From Ignavibacteria bacterium (GTDB lineage Bacteria > Bacteroidota > Ignavibacteria > Ignavibacteriales > Ignavibacteriaceae): a stretch of 64,000 nucleotides of DNA. Below, piece by piece: positions 41,011-50,619 of the stretch (the first letter of the stretch is position 1; each line of letters starts with the position of its first letter). Under the pieces are notes generated by a model. It was not told the DNA's origin. It saw nothing but the letters and a program-made list of their open reading frames with translations, and made no database searches. A program made the translations under genes and the position numbers. The DNA lies in contig JBBIUV010000015.1 in NCBI GenBank assembly GCA_037440065.1, forward strand, positions 644,774 through 708,773, written 5' to 3'.

Positions 41011-41856
41011 ATGAAAAAGAATCTCATAAATATATTTTTATCAATATTTTCGATTGTTACAATTAGTTCGTGCAGCGGAAGCGGCGGATTTAATATGTTC
41101 TCCGATTCGGAAGATATAAAACTGGGACATGATGTCTCGGCGGAAATGTTAAAGAATCAAGCTGAATATCCTATCTTCAGAGGTGATCCTTCGATTAAAA
41201 CTTATATAGATCAGCGTATTTTTCAGCAAGTTTTAACTTCCCCCAAAATTGCAAAAAAGAATGTTTATGATTATAAACTTGAATTGATCGCCGATGATAA
41301 TACGTTAAATGCATTTGCGCTTCCAGGGGGCAACGTTTACGTTTACACAGGCTTGTTAAAATATCTTGATTCGGAAGCAGCTCTTGCGGGAGTTTTAGGT
41401 CATGAAATTGCACATGCAGAAAGAAGACACGCAACGCAACGAATGACAAAATATTACGGAGTGCAATTTTTAGTCGGAATGGTTCTCGGAAGTCAGCCTT
41501 CTAAAATTGCAGAGGTTGCTTCAAATCTTTTCGTTGGACTTGCATTCTTAGCCAACAGTCGTGCAGACGAAGATGAGAGTGATAAATATTCAATTGATTA
41601 TTTAAAAGATACACGTTTTTATCCGGGAGCTGTAAAATTCTTTTTTGAGAAAATGCGTGATGACGGATTGGTAAGTTCAAAGAGCGGCAAAGTTGCTACA
41701 TTCCTTTCCACACATCCTGATCCGGTTAACCGTATTGCAAAAGCAAACGAACGATTACAAAACAGTGGAATTGCGATTAAAGATTGGAAATCAAACGATG
41801 CCAATCTTTTCAAAAATGAATATGCGGCAAACATCAAAAATAAACTTCCAAAATAA
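41011..41856 (+). CDS. M48-family zinc metalloprotease lipoprotein
   Basis: Lipobox ISSCSG. HEIAHAERRH (HExxH) plus downstream Glu. Peptidase M48 layout. Confidence 0.7.
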   Translation: MKKNLINIFLSIFSIVTISSCSGSGGFNMFSDSEDIKLGHDVSAEMLKNQAEYPIFRGDPSIKTYIDQRIFQQVLTSPKIAKKNVYDYKLELIADDNTLNAFALPGGNVYVYTGLLKYLDSEAALAGVLGHEIAHAERRHATQRMTKYYGVQFLVGMVLGSQPSKIAEVASNLFVGLAFLANSRADEDESDKYSIDYLKDTRFYPGAVKFFFEKMRDDGLVSSKSGKVATFLSTHPDPVNRIAKANERLQNSGIAIKDWKSNDANLFKNEYAANIKNKLPK

Positions 41857-41858
41857 AC

Positions 41859-42854
41859 ATGCGGTATAGAAAACTCGGGAAAACAAATTTATTAGTTTCA
41901 GAAATTGGTTTTGGTTCATGGGCAATTGGAGGTCCGGTTATGGCGGGAGACGTACCGATCGGCTGGGGCAAAGTAGATGATGAAACATCGAAGAAAGCCA
42001 TAATTAAAGCGGTTGAGCTTGGTGTTAATTTTTTTGATACAGCCGATTTTTACGGATTGGGACACAGCGAAGGATTGCTTGGAAACGTATTTGGTGGAAA
42101 ATGGAATAATATTATTCTCGCAACAAAAGTAGGTAACACATTAATGGAAGATGGTTCCGCCGGAATAAATTATTCAAAAGAATATATTTTAAATGCATGC
42201 GAGAAAAGTTTAAAACGCCTCAATAAAGATGTAATTGATGTTTACCAATTGCACAGCGCACGGATGCAGCATCTGCAAGAAGGTGAATGTATCGAAGCAA
42301 TGGAACAGCTTCAAAAGGAAGGTAAAATTCGTTACTGGGGAATTTCCCTAAACACCTTTGAACCGCAAGTTGAAGCAAAATTTTTTATTGAACACCAGAT
42401 TGGTCATACATTCCAAATAGCTTTCAGCATTATCAATCAGATTGTTTTAGCAGAAGTTTTCCCCTTAGCTGTGGAAAATAACTATGGCATAATTGCGCGC
42501 GTTCCTCTTCATTTCGGACTGTTGAGCGGAAAATTTTCAAGAGAAAAAACATTTCCTAAAAACGACCACAGAAGCAATAGACTTAATCCGGAATTGTTAA
42601 ATCTATCGCTTGATAAATTGGGGAGAGTTTTTGAATTAGCCGAAAAAAGAAAAATAGAAAAAGACTATCTTGCAATGAGCTTTATTTTAAGCCATGAGGG
42701 AGTCTCCTCTGTAATTCCCGGTATTAGGAATGAAGGACAAGCGATAGCTAATGCAAAAGAATTCTCAAGACTTTCGGAGGAAGATATTGAGCTTCTACAT
42801 AACTACTATGAAAGCGACTTGAAAATATTAATGGAAGCTTACAGTAAGGGGTAA
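41859..42854 (+). CDS. Aldo/keto reductase family oxidoreductase
   Basis: MRYRKLGKTNLLVSEIGFGSW start, DTADFYG, catalytic tetrad context. Confidence 0.8.
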   Translation: MRYRKLGKTNLLVSEIGFGSWAIGGPVMAGDVPIGWGKVDDETSKKAIIKAVELGVNFFDTADFYGLGHSEGLLGNVFGGKWNNIILATKVGNTLMEDGSAGINYSKEYILNACEKSLKRLNKDVIDVYQLHSARMQHLQEGECIEAMEQLQKEGKIRYWGISLNTFEPQVEAKFFIEHQIGHTFQIAFSIINQIVLAEVFPLAVENNYGIIARVPLHFGLLSGKFSREKTFPKNDHRSNRLNPELLNLSLDKLGRVFELAEKRKIEKDYLAMSFILSHEGVSSVIPGIRNEGQAIANAKEFSRLSEEDIELLHNYYESDLKILMEAYSKG

Positions 42855-42859
42855 AAGCG

Positions 42860-42886
42860 GTATCACAGATTAATAATCTGTGATAC
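42860..42886. terminator. Perfect 13-1-13 palindrome between convergent genes (likely bidirectional terminator)
   Basis: GTATCACAGATTA-A-TAATCTGTGATAC, read directly. Confidence 0.5.
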
Positions 42887-42905
42887 AATTAAAATAATGA
42901 TAGTA

Positions 42906-43655
42906 CTATTTACTGGTTAAAGGAGTACGAAGTTTAATCGGATTAGATTTTTTACCTTTTACCCTTAGGTTCAACATTTCAACAAACAATGAAAAAGCCA
43001 TTGAAAAGTAAATGTAGCCTTTCGGAATGTGCTGATCAAAACCTTCTGCAATTAAAGTAATACCGATTAACAATAAAAAACTCAATGCCAACATTTTAAC
43101 TGTCGGGTGATTGTTCACAAATGTGCTGATCCTTCCTGACAAAAATAGCATAAAAATTACCGCAATTATTACAGCCGTTATCATTACCCAAATTTGATTC
43201 GCCATTCCGATCGCAGTTATGACCGAATCAAGTGAAAAAACAATATCAAGTAGCAAAATTTGGAATATAACAGCACTGAAGGATGATTTAATCCGGTAGC
43301 TTGCTTCTCCTTCTTCTCCCTCAAGTTTATCGTGAATCTCGCGGGTACTTTTAGTCAAAAGAAACATTCCGCCACAGATAACGATCAAATCTTTACCAGA
43401 TATTTCATTGCCCCAAACCACAAAAAGGGGATAAGTCAATTTCATCAACATGGTAAGGGAAAGGAGAAGCAGAATTCTCGTAATCATTGCCAGGGAAAGC
43501 CCCGTAATTCTTGCTTTTTCCTGCATCGAAACGGGAAGTTTTCCTGTTAAAATTGAAATAAACACAATATTATCGATCCCTAGAACAATTTCTAAAAGAA
43601 TGAGGGTGAGTAAAGAAAGAACAATTTGCGGATCAATGCCCATGGTTAGTCCCAA
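42906..43655 (-). CDS. TerC-family integral membrane protein
   Basis: LGIDNIVFISIL and second-half repeat motifs. Seven TM helices. Confidence 0.75.
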   Translation of the reverse strand: MGLTMGIDPQIVLSLLTLILLEIVLGIDNIVFISILTGKLPVSMQEKARITGLSLAMITRILLLLSLTMLMKLTYPLFVVWGNEISGKDLIVICGGMFLLTKSTREIHDKLEGEEGEASYRIKSSFSAVIFQILLLDIVFSLDSVITAIGMANQIWVMITAVIIAVIFMLFLSGRISTFVNNHPTVKMLALSFLLLIGITLIAEGFDQHIPKGYIYFSMAFSLFVEMLNLRVKGKKSNPIKLRTPLTSK

Positions 43656-43746
43656 TCATAAATGAGTAAAAGAATTTAAGAATTATACGATAATTTTTGC
43701 TAAAATTGTAATGTTTAGTATATTTGGAAGCCATTTTGACAATAAT

Positions 43747-43823
43747 GGCGGGGTAGCTCAGTAGGTTAGAGCAATGGAATCATAATCCATGTGTCGGGGG
43801 TTCGAATCCCTCCCCCGCTACCA
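43747..43823 (+). tRNA. tRNA with CAT anticodon (elongator Met, or Ile2 if lysidinylated)
   Basis: 77 nt with cloverleaf: acceptor GGCGGGG/CCCCGCU, D-arm GCUC..GAGC, anticodon stem AUGGA/UCCAU with loop AUCAUAA, T-arm GGGGG-UUCGAAU-CCCUC, 3' ACCA. Confidence 0.8.
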
Positions 43824-43846
43824 TTTTATACAGAAGAAAGGTGTTT

Positions 43847-44158
43847 ATGTATAGCGTTTTAATAGGTATCTCGGTAATTATCTCTACGTTATTGATAATT
43901 ATTATTTTAATGCAAGCAAGCAAAGGCTCCGGTTTGGCTGGTACTTTTGGCGGAGCAAATGTTGGTTCGGTTTTTGGAACAAGAAGAACAGCTGATTTTT
44001 TAAGTAAATCTACCTGGTGGCTTGCAGGAGTTTTAGTTATTCTTGCGATAGTTGTAAATCTCTTTTTCCTCCCAACCGCTAAAAATGATAACACAAATAG
44101 TGTTATTCAGCAGGGTGGAAGACAGAGTGTTCCAACAAATCCGGCTTTACCGCGCTAA
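43847..44158 (+). CDS. secG: Preprotein translocase subunit SecG (the ATG at 43841 is also possible)
   Basis: Two TM helices flanking ILMQASKGSGLAGTFGG. Confidence 0.7.
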   Translation: MYSVLIGISVIISTLLIIIILMQASKGSGLAGTFGGANVGSVFGTRRTADFLSKSTWWLAGVLVILAIVVNLFFLPTAKNDNTNSVIQQGGRQSVPTNPALPR

Positions 44159-44160
44159 AA

Positions 44161-45420
44161 TTAATCGCCGGGTTCGTAATTGAATCCGGCTAATTTTTCG
44201 ATTATCTCATCCTCCACATTTCTATAATAATTATTACTATTTTTAGAAAACTCAAATATCATACTTATTATGATATCGTCTCCATTCTTTAATTTTAAAT
44301 AGCCGGAAACGGAAGAAGCTCCGTTTAAAGTCCCGGTTTTCCCTCTAAAATTTACTTCAAGTGAAGGATCTTTCATTCTGTTACGCAGAGTTCCATCTGT
44401 TCCAGCAGTACTTAAGGAGTTGTAAAAAGTATCATAATATCTAATATCAAAATAGATTTTTTCCAACAAACCGGTGATTGATCCCACCGAAACTTGGTTG
44501 TTTCTAGAAAGTCCCGATCCGTCAACGATTTTTGTCCCTTCAGATGGGACATCGTTATCAAAAAGAAATTTGTTAATTGTTTGAGCTGCATAAAATGCCG
44601 ACCCTTCTTTCCCGGAGGAAACGCCCCCCACAAGTTTGAAGAGACATTCCGCCAAAAAATTATCACTTCTTTTGTTCACTGTTCTAAGGTATTCCTTTAA
44701 CTTTATTGTGTGCAAACATAGTTCAACTGCTGATTTGGGAGTTGCCCCTTTTCTAAATGTTCCGTTGACAGAGATCGATGCTGCTCTCAATTTATCGTAA
44801 AGTATCTCAGCGATCATCAACGGAGGATCGGAGAAAAATTCAGTTACAAATTTGTACCGTTTTCTTCGGACTTTCTTTTTAACTATATGTTTATTTTTAT
44901 TTAGAACAAGTGCGCTTACCGGTGGAAGTGAAAGTGTTTTTGTTTCATCTTCTATCCAATCAGCTCTTGAGTAGACGTCATCAAAAAATGTATCATCGCC
45001 TATAATGTCTCCATTAATTTCTTTAATCCCCTTGCTCTTAAGATCAGAGATCATTTTGTCAAGATCCTCATCGGTAAATAGTCCATTCCCATAACCTTTA
45101 AGATAGAGATTTCCGTCTAACCGATTTGAATTTTGCCGTTTTGCATCCGTGAAAAATTTCGTGGATATCTGGTATTCAGGTCCCAAATAATAAATAGCAA
45201 CCGCGGTTGTAAATAATTTCGTGTTTGAAGCGGGGATCAATGGTGTGGTAACATTGTGCGCGTACAACGTATCTTCTTTCATCGGATTAAGGATAAGGAT
45301 ACCATAATTTGACTTAAGAGGTACCCTCCTTAAAATATTATCAATCTCTGTTTTTAATTTCTGAGCAAAACCCGGATGGAAAGCATTTAGGAGTATAAAT
45401 AATAAAGTGAGTTTTTTCAT
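44161..45420 (-). CDS. dacB: D-alanyl-D-alanine carboxypeptidase/endopeptidase (PBP4, S13 family)
   Basis: Signal peptide. SNTK-like PASNTKLFTTAVA and DGSGLSRNNQVS motifs. Confidence 0.8.
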   Translation of the reverse strand: MKKLTLLFILLNAFHPGFAQKLKTEIDNILRRVPLKSNYGILILNPMKEDTLYAHNVTTPLIPASNTKLFTTAVAIYYLGPEYQISTKFFTDAKRQNSNRLDGNLYLKGYGNGLFTDEDLDKMISDLKSKGIKEINGDIIGDDTFFDDVYSRADWIEDETKTLSLPPVSALVLNKNKHIVKKKVRRKRYKFVTEFFSDPPLMIAEILYDKLRAASISVNGTFRKGATPKSAVELCLHTIKLKEYLRTVNKRSDNFLAECLFKLVGGVSSGKEGSAFYAAQTINKFLFDNDVPSEGTKIVDGSGLSRNNQVSVGSITGLLEKIYFDIRYYDTFYNSLSTAGTDGTLRNRMKDPSLEVNFRGKTGTLNGASSVSGYLKLKNGDDIIISMIFEFSKNSNNYYRNVEDEIIEKLAGFNYEPGD

Positions 45421-45507
45421 AATTCAATGATTATATAAAATAGAAATAGAGTATATTACCACCCCAAAATAATAAACATAATTTATTTCACTAACTAAAA
45501 ATCTTTT

Positions 45508-46323
45508 ATGGAAAAATTTAAAGCTTACGAAAAGTCAGATTTTCTTCAATCGGCTGACGCACGAATAATAAGAATTCTTTCTGAATACTTGGAACCGGCA
45601 ACCCGGTTTAAAAAATATAACATTCTGGATACAATTGTATTCTTTGGTTCAGCTCGCCTTCGATCGCGGAAGGATGCAGTTAAAGAATATAACAAAATAA
45701 AAACATCCGATCCCAAGACCACTCCAAATTTTGTAAAGAAACTTCGTACAGCGCAGCAGCACGTTGAAATGTCCAAATATTATGAAGACGCAGTTGACCT
45801 TTCAAAGAGGATCACAACATGGTCGTTAAATTTAGGATTAGACAGTAACCGTTTTATCATCAGTACAGGTGGTGGACCGGGAATTATGGAAGCTGCAAAT
45901 AAAGGAGCAAAATTAGCCGGAGGATATTCTGTTGGTCTTAATATCTCCATTCCATTTGAACAGTTTGTAAATAAATATGTTACTCCACAATTGAGTTTTG
46001 AATTTCACTACTTTTTTATGCGGAAGTTTTGGTTTGCTTATCTCGGTAAAGCATTAATTGTTTTTCCTGGTGGATTTGGAACCATGGACGAATTTTTCGA
46101 AATGGTCACCTTAGTGCAGACAGGCAAAATCAAAAAGAATTTACTTATCATTATTTATGATGAAAAGTATTGGAAGAATCTCATAAACTTTGATGCGTTG
46201 GTTGAAGCAGGAATGATCAGTAAAGAAGATTTAAATTTATTTTCATTCTGCAATACACCGGACGAAGCGATGAAGTGTATAACGAAGCATTTTGAAAAAT
46301 ATTATTTGAAGAAGAAGGGTTGA
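45508..46323 (+). CDS. LOG-family (TIGR00730) Rossmann-fold nucleotide-binding protein
   Basis: GGGPGIMEAANKGA and PGGFGTMDEFFE motifs. Confidence 0.75.
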   Translation: MEKFKAYEKSDFLQSADARIIRILSEYLEPATRFKKYNILDTIVFFGSARLRSRKDAVKEYNKIKTSDPKTTPNFVKKLRTAQQHVEMSKYYEDAVDLSKRITTWSLNLGLDSNRFIISTGGGPGIMEAANKGAKLAGGYSVGLNISIPFEQFVNKYVTPQLSFEFHYFFMRKFWFAYLGKALIVFPGGFGTMDEFFEMVTLVQTGKIKKNLLIIIYDEKYWKNLINFDALVEAGMISKEDLNLFSFCNTPDEAMKCITKHFEKYYLKKKG

Positions 46324-46330
46324 GTAAATC

Positions 46331-46370
46331 AAATAAAAAAGCCATCTCTTTTAATCGAGATGGCTTTTTT
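46331..46370. terminator. Bidirectional intrinsic terminator between the LOG gene (+) and rpsU (-)
   Basis: aaaaaaGCCATCTCttttaatcGAGATGGCtttttt: A-tract, 8-bp stem, T-tract. Confidence 0.55.
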
Positions 46371-46371
46371 G

Positions 46372-46563
46372 TTAATCCATATCATCATTTCGTTGAGCTC
46401 TGCGAGTAGCTTTAATTCTTTCCAATCGTTTTTTTACCGAAGGTTTAACAAAAAAAGTCCGCTTTTTGAATTCTTTTAGTACGCCTGAACGTTCATATTT
46501 CTTTTTGAATCTTTTAAGAGCTTTATCAATTGACTCATTTTCTGAAATTGTAATTCCTACCAA
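46372..46563 (-). CDS. rpsU: 30S ribosomal protein S21
   Basis: 63 aa; ...[26 protein letters not shown]...RAQRN. Confidence 0.9.
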   Translation of the reverse strand: MVGITISENESIDKALKRFKKKYERSGVLKEFKKRTFFVKPSVKKRLERIKATRRAQRNDDMD

Positions 46564-46590
46564 TTAATTCACCTCAATTCCTGGGTAGCT

Positions 46591-46968
46591 TTAATGTGTT
46601 TCAAGTAATTTTTTTAATCCTAATTTTTGAAATTCAACTGTAATCGAACCTTTTCCGTTAGAAAGAGAGGTTTTCGAAGTTACAATTCCAAAATCGTCCC
46701 ATGTTTTATGGTAAATTGTTTCCCCAACGTTAAAGGTTTTCTCAGGGGAATAATCTATGGAATTTTCAAGTACAATCTGATCCACTTTGTGTTTGGAATC
46801 CCGAACAATGGAAACAGTTTCAATAAGCAAAATTTGTTTGCACTTTTTACATTTCGCCCACTCTTTTCCTTCATGTTCAGTGGAAGAAAAAGTTTCTCCT
46901 GTGAGCTCCATTTTTGTAATGCCGTTGCAAAATTTGCAAAATGCTTGAATGTTTTTAACTTTTGCCAT
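46591..46968 (-). CDS. Zinc-ribbon hypothetical protein (chosen over the overlapping plus-strand ORF)
   Basis: CKFC-x23-CKKC ribbon with protein-like composition. The plus-strand alternative is low-complexity. Confidence 0.45.
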   Translation of the reverse strand: MAKVKNIQAFCKFCNGITKMELTGETFSSTEHEGKEWAKCKKCKQILLIETVSIVRDSKHKVDQIVLENSIDYSPEKTFNVGETIYHKTWDDFGIVTSKTSLSNGKGSITVEFQKLGLKKLLETH

Positions 46969-47172
46969 AAAATCTACTTTTTTAAGTAGGTAAATATATT
47001 GATTTATCGCTGGAATTGCAAAAATATTATTCTTTTAATGCCTTATAGAAAGATGAAAGAATTGCTGTAGCTGTAAATTACTCCGCTAATTTGGTTGTAC
47101 TTAAGACTTTGATTGTTTTCGCTCAAAATTCAGCAAAAATACGGCTTTTAAAGTGTTAAGGGATTAGAATTG

Positions 47173-47739
47173 CTAATCTTTTGAAATATACCCTTTATCA
47201 TCAGCATATTTGTAAAGCTTTGAATAAAGCATTTTTCTTGCTCTGTGGAGACGTGAACGGACGGTTCCTACCGGGCAGTCGATAAAATCGGCTATTTCGT
47301 CGTAAGTATATCCCTCTATATCTGAAAGAATGACAACTGTCCTAAAATCTTCGGGAAGAGTTTGAATAGCTTCCGAAACTTCATCATCCAAAAGATTGTC
47401 GAAAATTTCCCTTTCAAGATGAGAGTCGTCTGTATTAGAAGGCTTTGCGTTTTCGTAATAATTTTCAACGTCTTCGTAATCGACTTTGTTCGGCTCTTTT
47501 TTCTGTTTTCTGTAAGAATTGATAAAAGTGTTCTTTAAAATTCTAAAAAGCCACGCTTTACAGTTAGTTCCTCTTTCAAATTTTTCAAAAAATCGGAAAG
47601 CACGAAGATATGTTTCCTGAACAAGATCGTTTGCGTCATCCTCGTTTCCCGTCATCCGGAGGGCAAAATTTAATAAAGCATCCATATGCGGAATAGCCTC
47701 CCTATTAAATTCGTCGTAAAACTCTGAGGATTTGTTCAT
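47173..47739 (-). CDS. ECF-subfamily RNA polymerase sigma-70 factor
   Basis: Region 2 (DLVQETYLRAFRFFEKF...CKAWLFRILKNTFIN) and region 4 (DIEGYTYDEIADFIDCPVGTVRSRLHRAR). Confidence 0.8.
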   Translation of the reverse strand: MNKSSEFYDEFNREAIPHMDALLNFALRMTGNEDDANDLVQETYLRAFRFFEKFERGTNCKAWLFRILKNTFINSYRKQKKEPNKVDYEDVENYYENAKPSNTDDSHLEREIFDNLLDDEVSEAIQTLPEDFRTVVILSDIEGYTYDEIADFIDCPVGTVRSRLHRARKMLYSKLYKYADDKGYISKD

Positions 47740-47850
47740 TCTGTAAATGTGTAAATAGCTTATTTATAATTATTAATCTCGACTTTTAAATAAAGAAAAT
47801 TACTTTGTATTACCAAATTGGGAACTTTTTAAAAAGTGGAGATTTTTCTT

Positions 47851-49287
47851 TCAATTTAACCGGATGAACCTTCCGCCAAGGATTACATATTTAGGTATTT
47901 CGTCTTTGCAGAGATAGAAAGCAGGTTGTTCACCAACTTTTAAATTGAAAACAAAATCTAAATCTTCGACCAGACAAATCGGAAACTTGTCAAATAACTT
48001 GCTTCTACTCTCAGACTTGAAAATTGTTTTATTAACGGGGAGATAACCTATTCCATCGTTTACCAATTTTCGAAAATCTATGGTGGCAAATTCTTTTTCT
48101 GTTTCTATTTTTTTTGAGAAAACTTTTCCAGCCTTCAGCGATAAACCCGAACAATCAATTTCATCTATTCCGTGGAATATTGAAAGGTCGCCAATATCTT
48201 CTATCAATCCATAAGAAGTAAATGCAGAACTTGAATCATAATTTTGTTCCGAGACATTTATTGCAATGTCAACAGGAATGTGTTGACCGTTCTTTTCAAC
48301 GCCTATGTTCGTTAAAAGAAGGTCAAACAGATATTTATCATTCATCGGGATAGCATCATAATTTTCAGTCGGAATTTCTGTGTAGCTGTTTTTTGCGATT
48401 GATAGAAATGCCGACAACATTCCGATGAAATTTATTTTTCTGATAAATTGTTTTTCAAGATCATCCTTCCATCCACCGGATTCGATTAAAATGGTACTTG
48501 TTTCTTTTTTCTGAAATGTATCACCAAAGGCTCTTGGTTCATATTCATCTGAATACTTCGCAACATGACCGGGGATAAATTGCTGTAAAATTTGATTCAT
48601 CAATCCAATAACTTTTACCGCCCTTTCTCTTTTTTCGCTCATTTCTTTTTGTTCATTAAAAGCCGGAGCGAGAAAGGAGATTGTTGCTTGTTTATAATCT
48701 TTCCCTACAGAATATCTCGTACTTTGATCGTGTAAGTTGAATCCGAAATCAGCTTTTAAACTATCAAAAGTATTCATCAATATTGTTGCTTCTGGAGAAA
48801 CCAATCGTGTTGCATCTCTATTTAAATCAATTTCCAAACTGTTTCTTCTTTGAAAAACTTTTGCTCCATCTGGATTAACCATTGGCAAAAAGTAGAGAGT
48901 TGTTTCTCTTAAAATTTTATCTCTAACTTCGTTTAAGAAATCATTCGATGAAAAGAAATTGAAAATGTCAAACAAAGCCATGGTGGCGGTTGATTCGTCA
49001 CCATGCATCTGAGACCAGAGAAAAATTTTTGTTTTTCCCGTTCCAATTTTTATTAAAAATAATTCTCTTTTTTCAACCGATTCACCTAATTTGTGCACAA
49101 CAAATTTTCCGTTATGACGCAGTTTTTCAATTAGCGGCATTATGTCCGAGTGTTTAATCCTCCGGCAGTTTAATGAAGGTTCACGATAATTATCGTACAT
49201 GTTGTAGAGGTCATACGAGAAAGATATTTCCTGGCTCATACCAATCACCGGTAATATGGTTAGTAATAAAAAAAAGAAAAACTTCAT
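47851..49287 (-). CDS. Secreted M14-family zinc carboxypeptidase
   Basis: Signal peptide. HGDE zinc ligand motif. NPDG...NRD context. Confidence 0.7.
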   Translation of the reverse strand: MKFFFFLLLTILPVIGMSQEISFSYDLYNMYDNYREPSLNCRRIKHSDIMPLIEKLRHNGKFVVHKLGESVEKRELFLIKIGTGKTKIFLWSQMHGDESTATMALFDIFNFFSSNDFLNEVRDKILRETTLYFLPMVNPDGAKVFQRRNSLEIDLNRDATRLVSPEATILMNTFDSLKADFGFNLHDQSTRYSVGKDYKQATISFLAPAFNEQKEMSEKRERAVKVIGLMNQILQQFIPGHVAKYSDEYEPRAFGDTFQKKETSTILIESGGWKDDLEKQFIRKINFIGMLSAFLSIAKNSYTEIPTENYDAIPMNDKYLFDLLLTNIGVEKNGQHIPVDIAINVSEQNYDSSSAFTSYGLIEDIGDLSIFHGIDEIDCSGLSLKAGKVFSKKIETEKEFATIDFRKLVNDGIGYLPVNKTIFKSESRSKLFDKFPICLVEDLDFVFNLKVGEQPAFYLCKDEIPKYVILGGRFIRLN

Positions 49288-49345
49288 TTCAAAATTAGCG
49301 ATTAATGTATAGGGAAATTAAGAAAAAATAAGTAGGAATAAGAAG

Positions 49346-49888
49346 ATGAATAAAAGAATAGACCTTGGTCACACAGCACCCGATTTTTCACTTCCAGGTA
49401 TTGACGGAAAGAATTATACGCTTTCTGATTTTGCTGTGAACAAATTATTGTTAATAATTTTTTCGTGCAACCACTGTCCTTACGTTCAAGCATACGAAGA
49501 GAGGATCAAAAAACTTCAAAATGATTTTATGAATGATGGACTTCAGATCGTCGCGATCAACGCAAACGATGCCGACAAATATGCGGAAGATTCTTTTGAA
49601 GAAATGAAAAAACGGGCAGGGGAGAAGCAATTTAATTTTCTCTATTTAAGAGATGAATCGCAACAAACCGCAAAAACTTTTGGCGCTGCGTTTACGCCGG
49701 AATTATTCCTTTTTAATGCAGAGCGAAAATTAATTTATACCGGAAAGATAGACGATAACTGGCGCGAGCCGGAAAAAGTGCAAACAAAATATTTGCAAAA
49801 TGCAATTGAAGAATATTTACGCGGTGAAGAAATTTCCGTACCCGAAACCTATGCGATTGGCTGCACGATCAAATGGAAAGCAGATTAG
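49346..49888 (+). CDS. Thioredoxin-fold protein (AhpC/TSA-redoxin-like)
   Basis: CNHC (CxxC) within SDFAVNKLLLIIFSCNHCPYV. 180 aa. Confidence 0.65.
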   Translation: MNKRIDLGHTAPDFSLPGIDGKNYTLSDFAVNKLLLIIFSCNHCPYVQAYEERIKKLQNDFMNDGLQIVAINANDADKYAEDSFEEMKKRAGEKQFNFLYLRDESQQTAKTFGAAFTPELFLFNAERKLIYTGKIDDNWREPEKVQTKYLQNAIEEYLRGEEISVPETYAIGCTIKWKAD

Positions 49889-50619
49889 TCCGCCACTCCC
49901 ATGTGTTCTTCAAATTTGGCGATAAGTTTCATCGGTTGTTCTGAAATTGCAAAACAGTAGAGCGGGTACAACCTTGAAAATGTTTTGATAATATCGTTTA
50001 TAAAGTTTGGCGAAGCAATGATCTTTTTCTCTTTTGGTACTATTGATTTTTCGAGCAGAATATATTTCATCTTTTGAAGGAGCTGCCCATCTTTACTGAA
50101 ATCAAACTTTTTCCTCATCAGCACCATCTCTTTTTTCATTTCAGTTAAAGAGAGATGATTGTTCAATTTATAATTGGCAAAGACTTTCGCAATTTCCTTT
50201 TCGTACTTCTCTAAATTTTTCTTAAAGAAAAGATTTTCTTCTTTTGAATTATTAAGGAACATTCCGTACTGGACTCCGGCTTTATCAAAATACACATAAA
50301 ACTCGCTGTCCATCTTAAATCTGCCGAAGTGAATGAGGAGGAAAGTTTTATACGGAACTCCTTTTGAGAACCGCATATCTTTGCTCAATTTCATTATCGT
50401 TTGATTGAATTTTGGCTCTCTTCTAATAGAAGGATTTAACTGTTCAAGAAAAGGAGCGAGTGCTGAAATAAAAGCCTTCGCCGGTTTAACAACAAATTCT
50501 TCGTATTCATCTCTGTGTTTATCAAAAAAAACTTTCGAGTTATCTTTTCCCAATCCTTCAAAAAAAGAAAACAACTGCGGCGGAAATCCGGTAAACTGAT
50601 TTATCTCGTGAGTTTTCAA
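49885..50619 (-). CDS. DUF2461 (TIGR02453)-like hypothetical protein
   Basis: N-terminal ...FSFFEGLGKDNSKVFFDKHRDEYEEFVVKPAKAFISAL pattern. 244 aa. Confidence 0.45.
   Translation of the reverse strand: MKTHEINQFTGFPPQLFSFFEGLGKDNSKVFFDKHRDEYEEFVVKPAKAFISALAPFLEQLNPSIRREPKFNQTIMKLSKDMRFSKGVPYKTFLLIHFGRFKMDSEFYVYFDKAGVQYGMFLNNSKEENLFFKKNLEKYEKEIAKVFANYKLNNHLSLTEMKKEMVLMRKKFDFSKDGQLLQKMKYILLEKSIVPKEKKIIASPNFINDIIKTFSRLYPLYCFAISEQPMKLIAKFEEHMGVAD

Noticed and set aside
43780-44094. 104-aa minus-strand ORF
   Set aside because: It overlaps the tRNA(CAT) gene and the better-supported secG on the opposite strand, and its translation ends in a tRNA-derived ...EGFEPPTHGL.
46627-46989. 120-aa plus-strand ORF
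   Set aside because: It is a low-complexity, Phe/Asn-rich translation of an AT-rich strand. The overlapping minus-strand zinc-ribbon ORF (46591-46968) is protein-like and co-oriented with rpsU.
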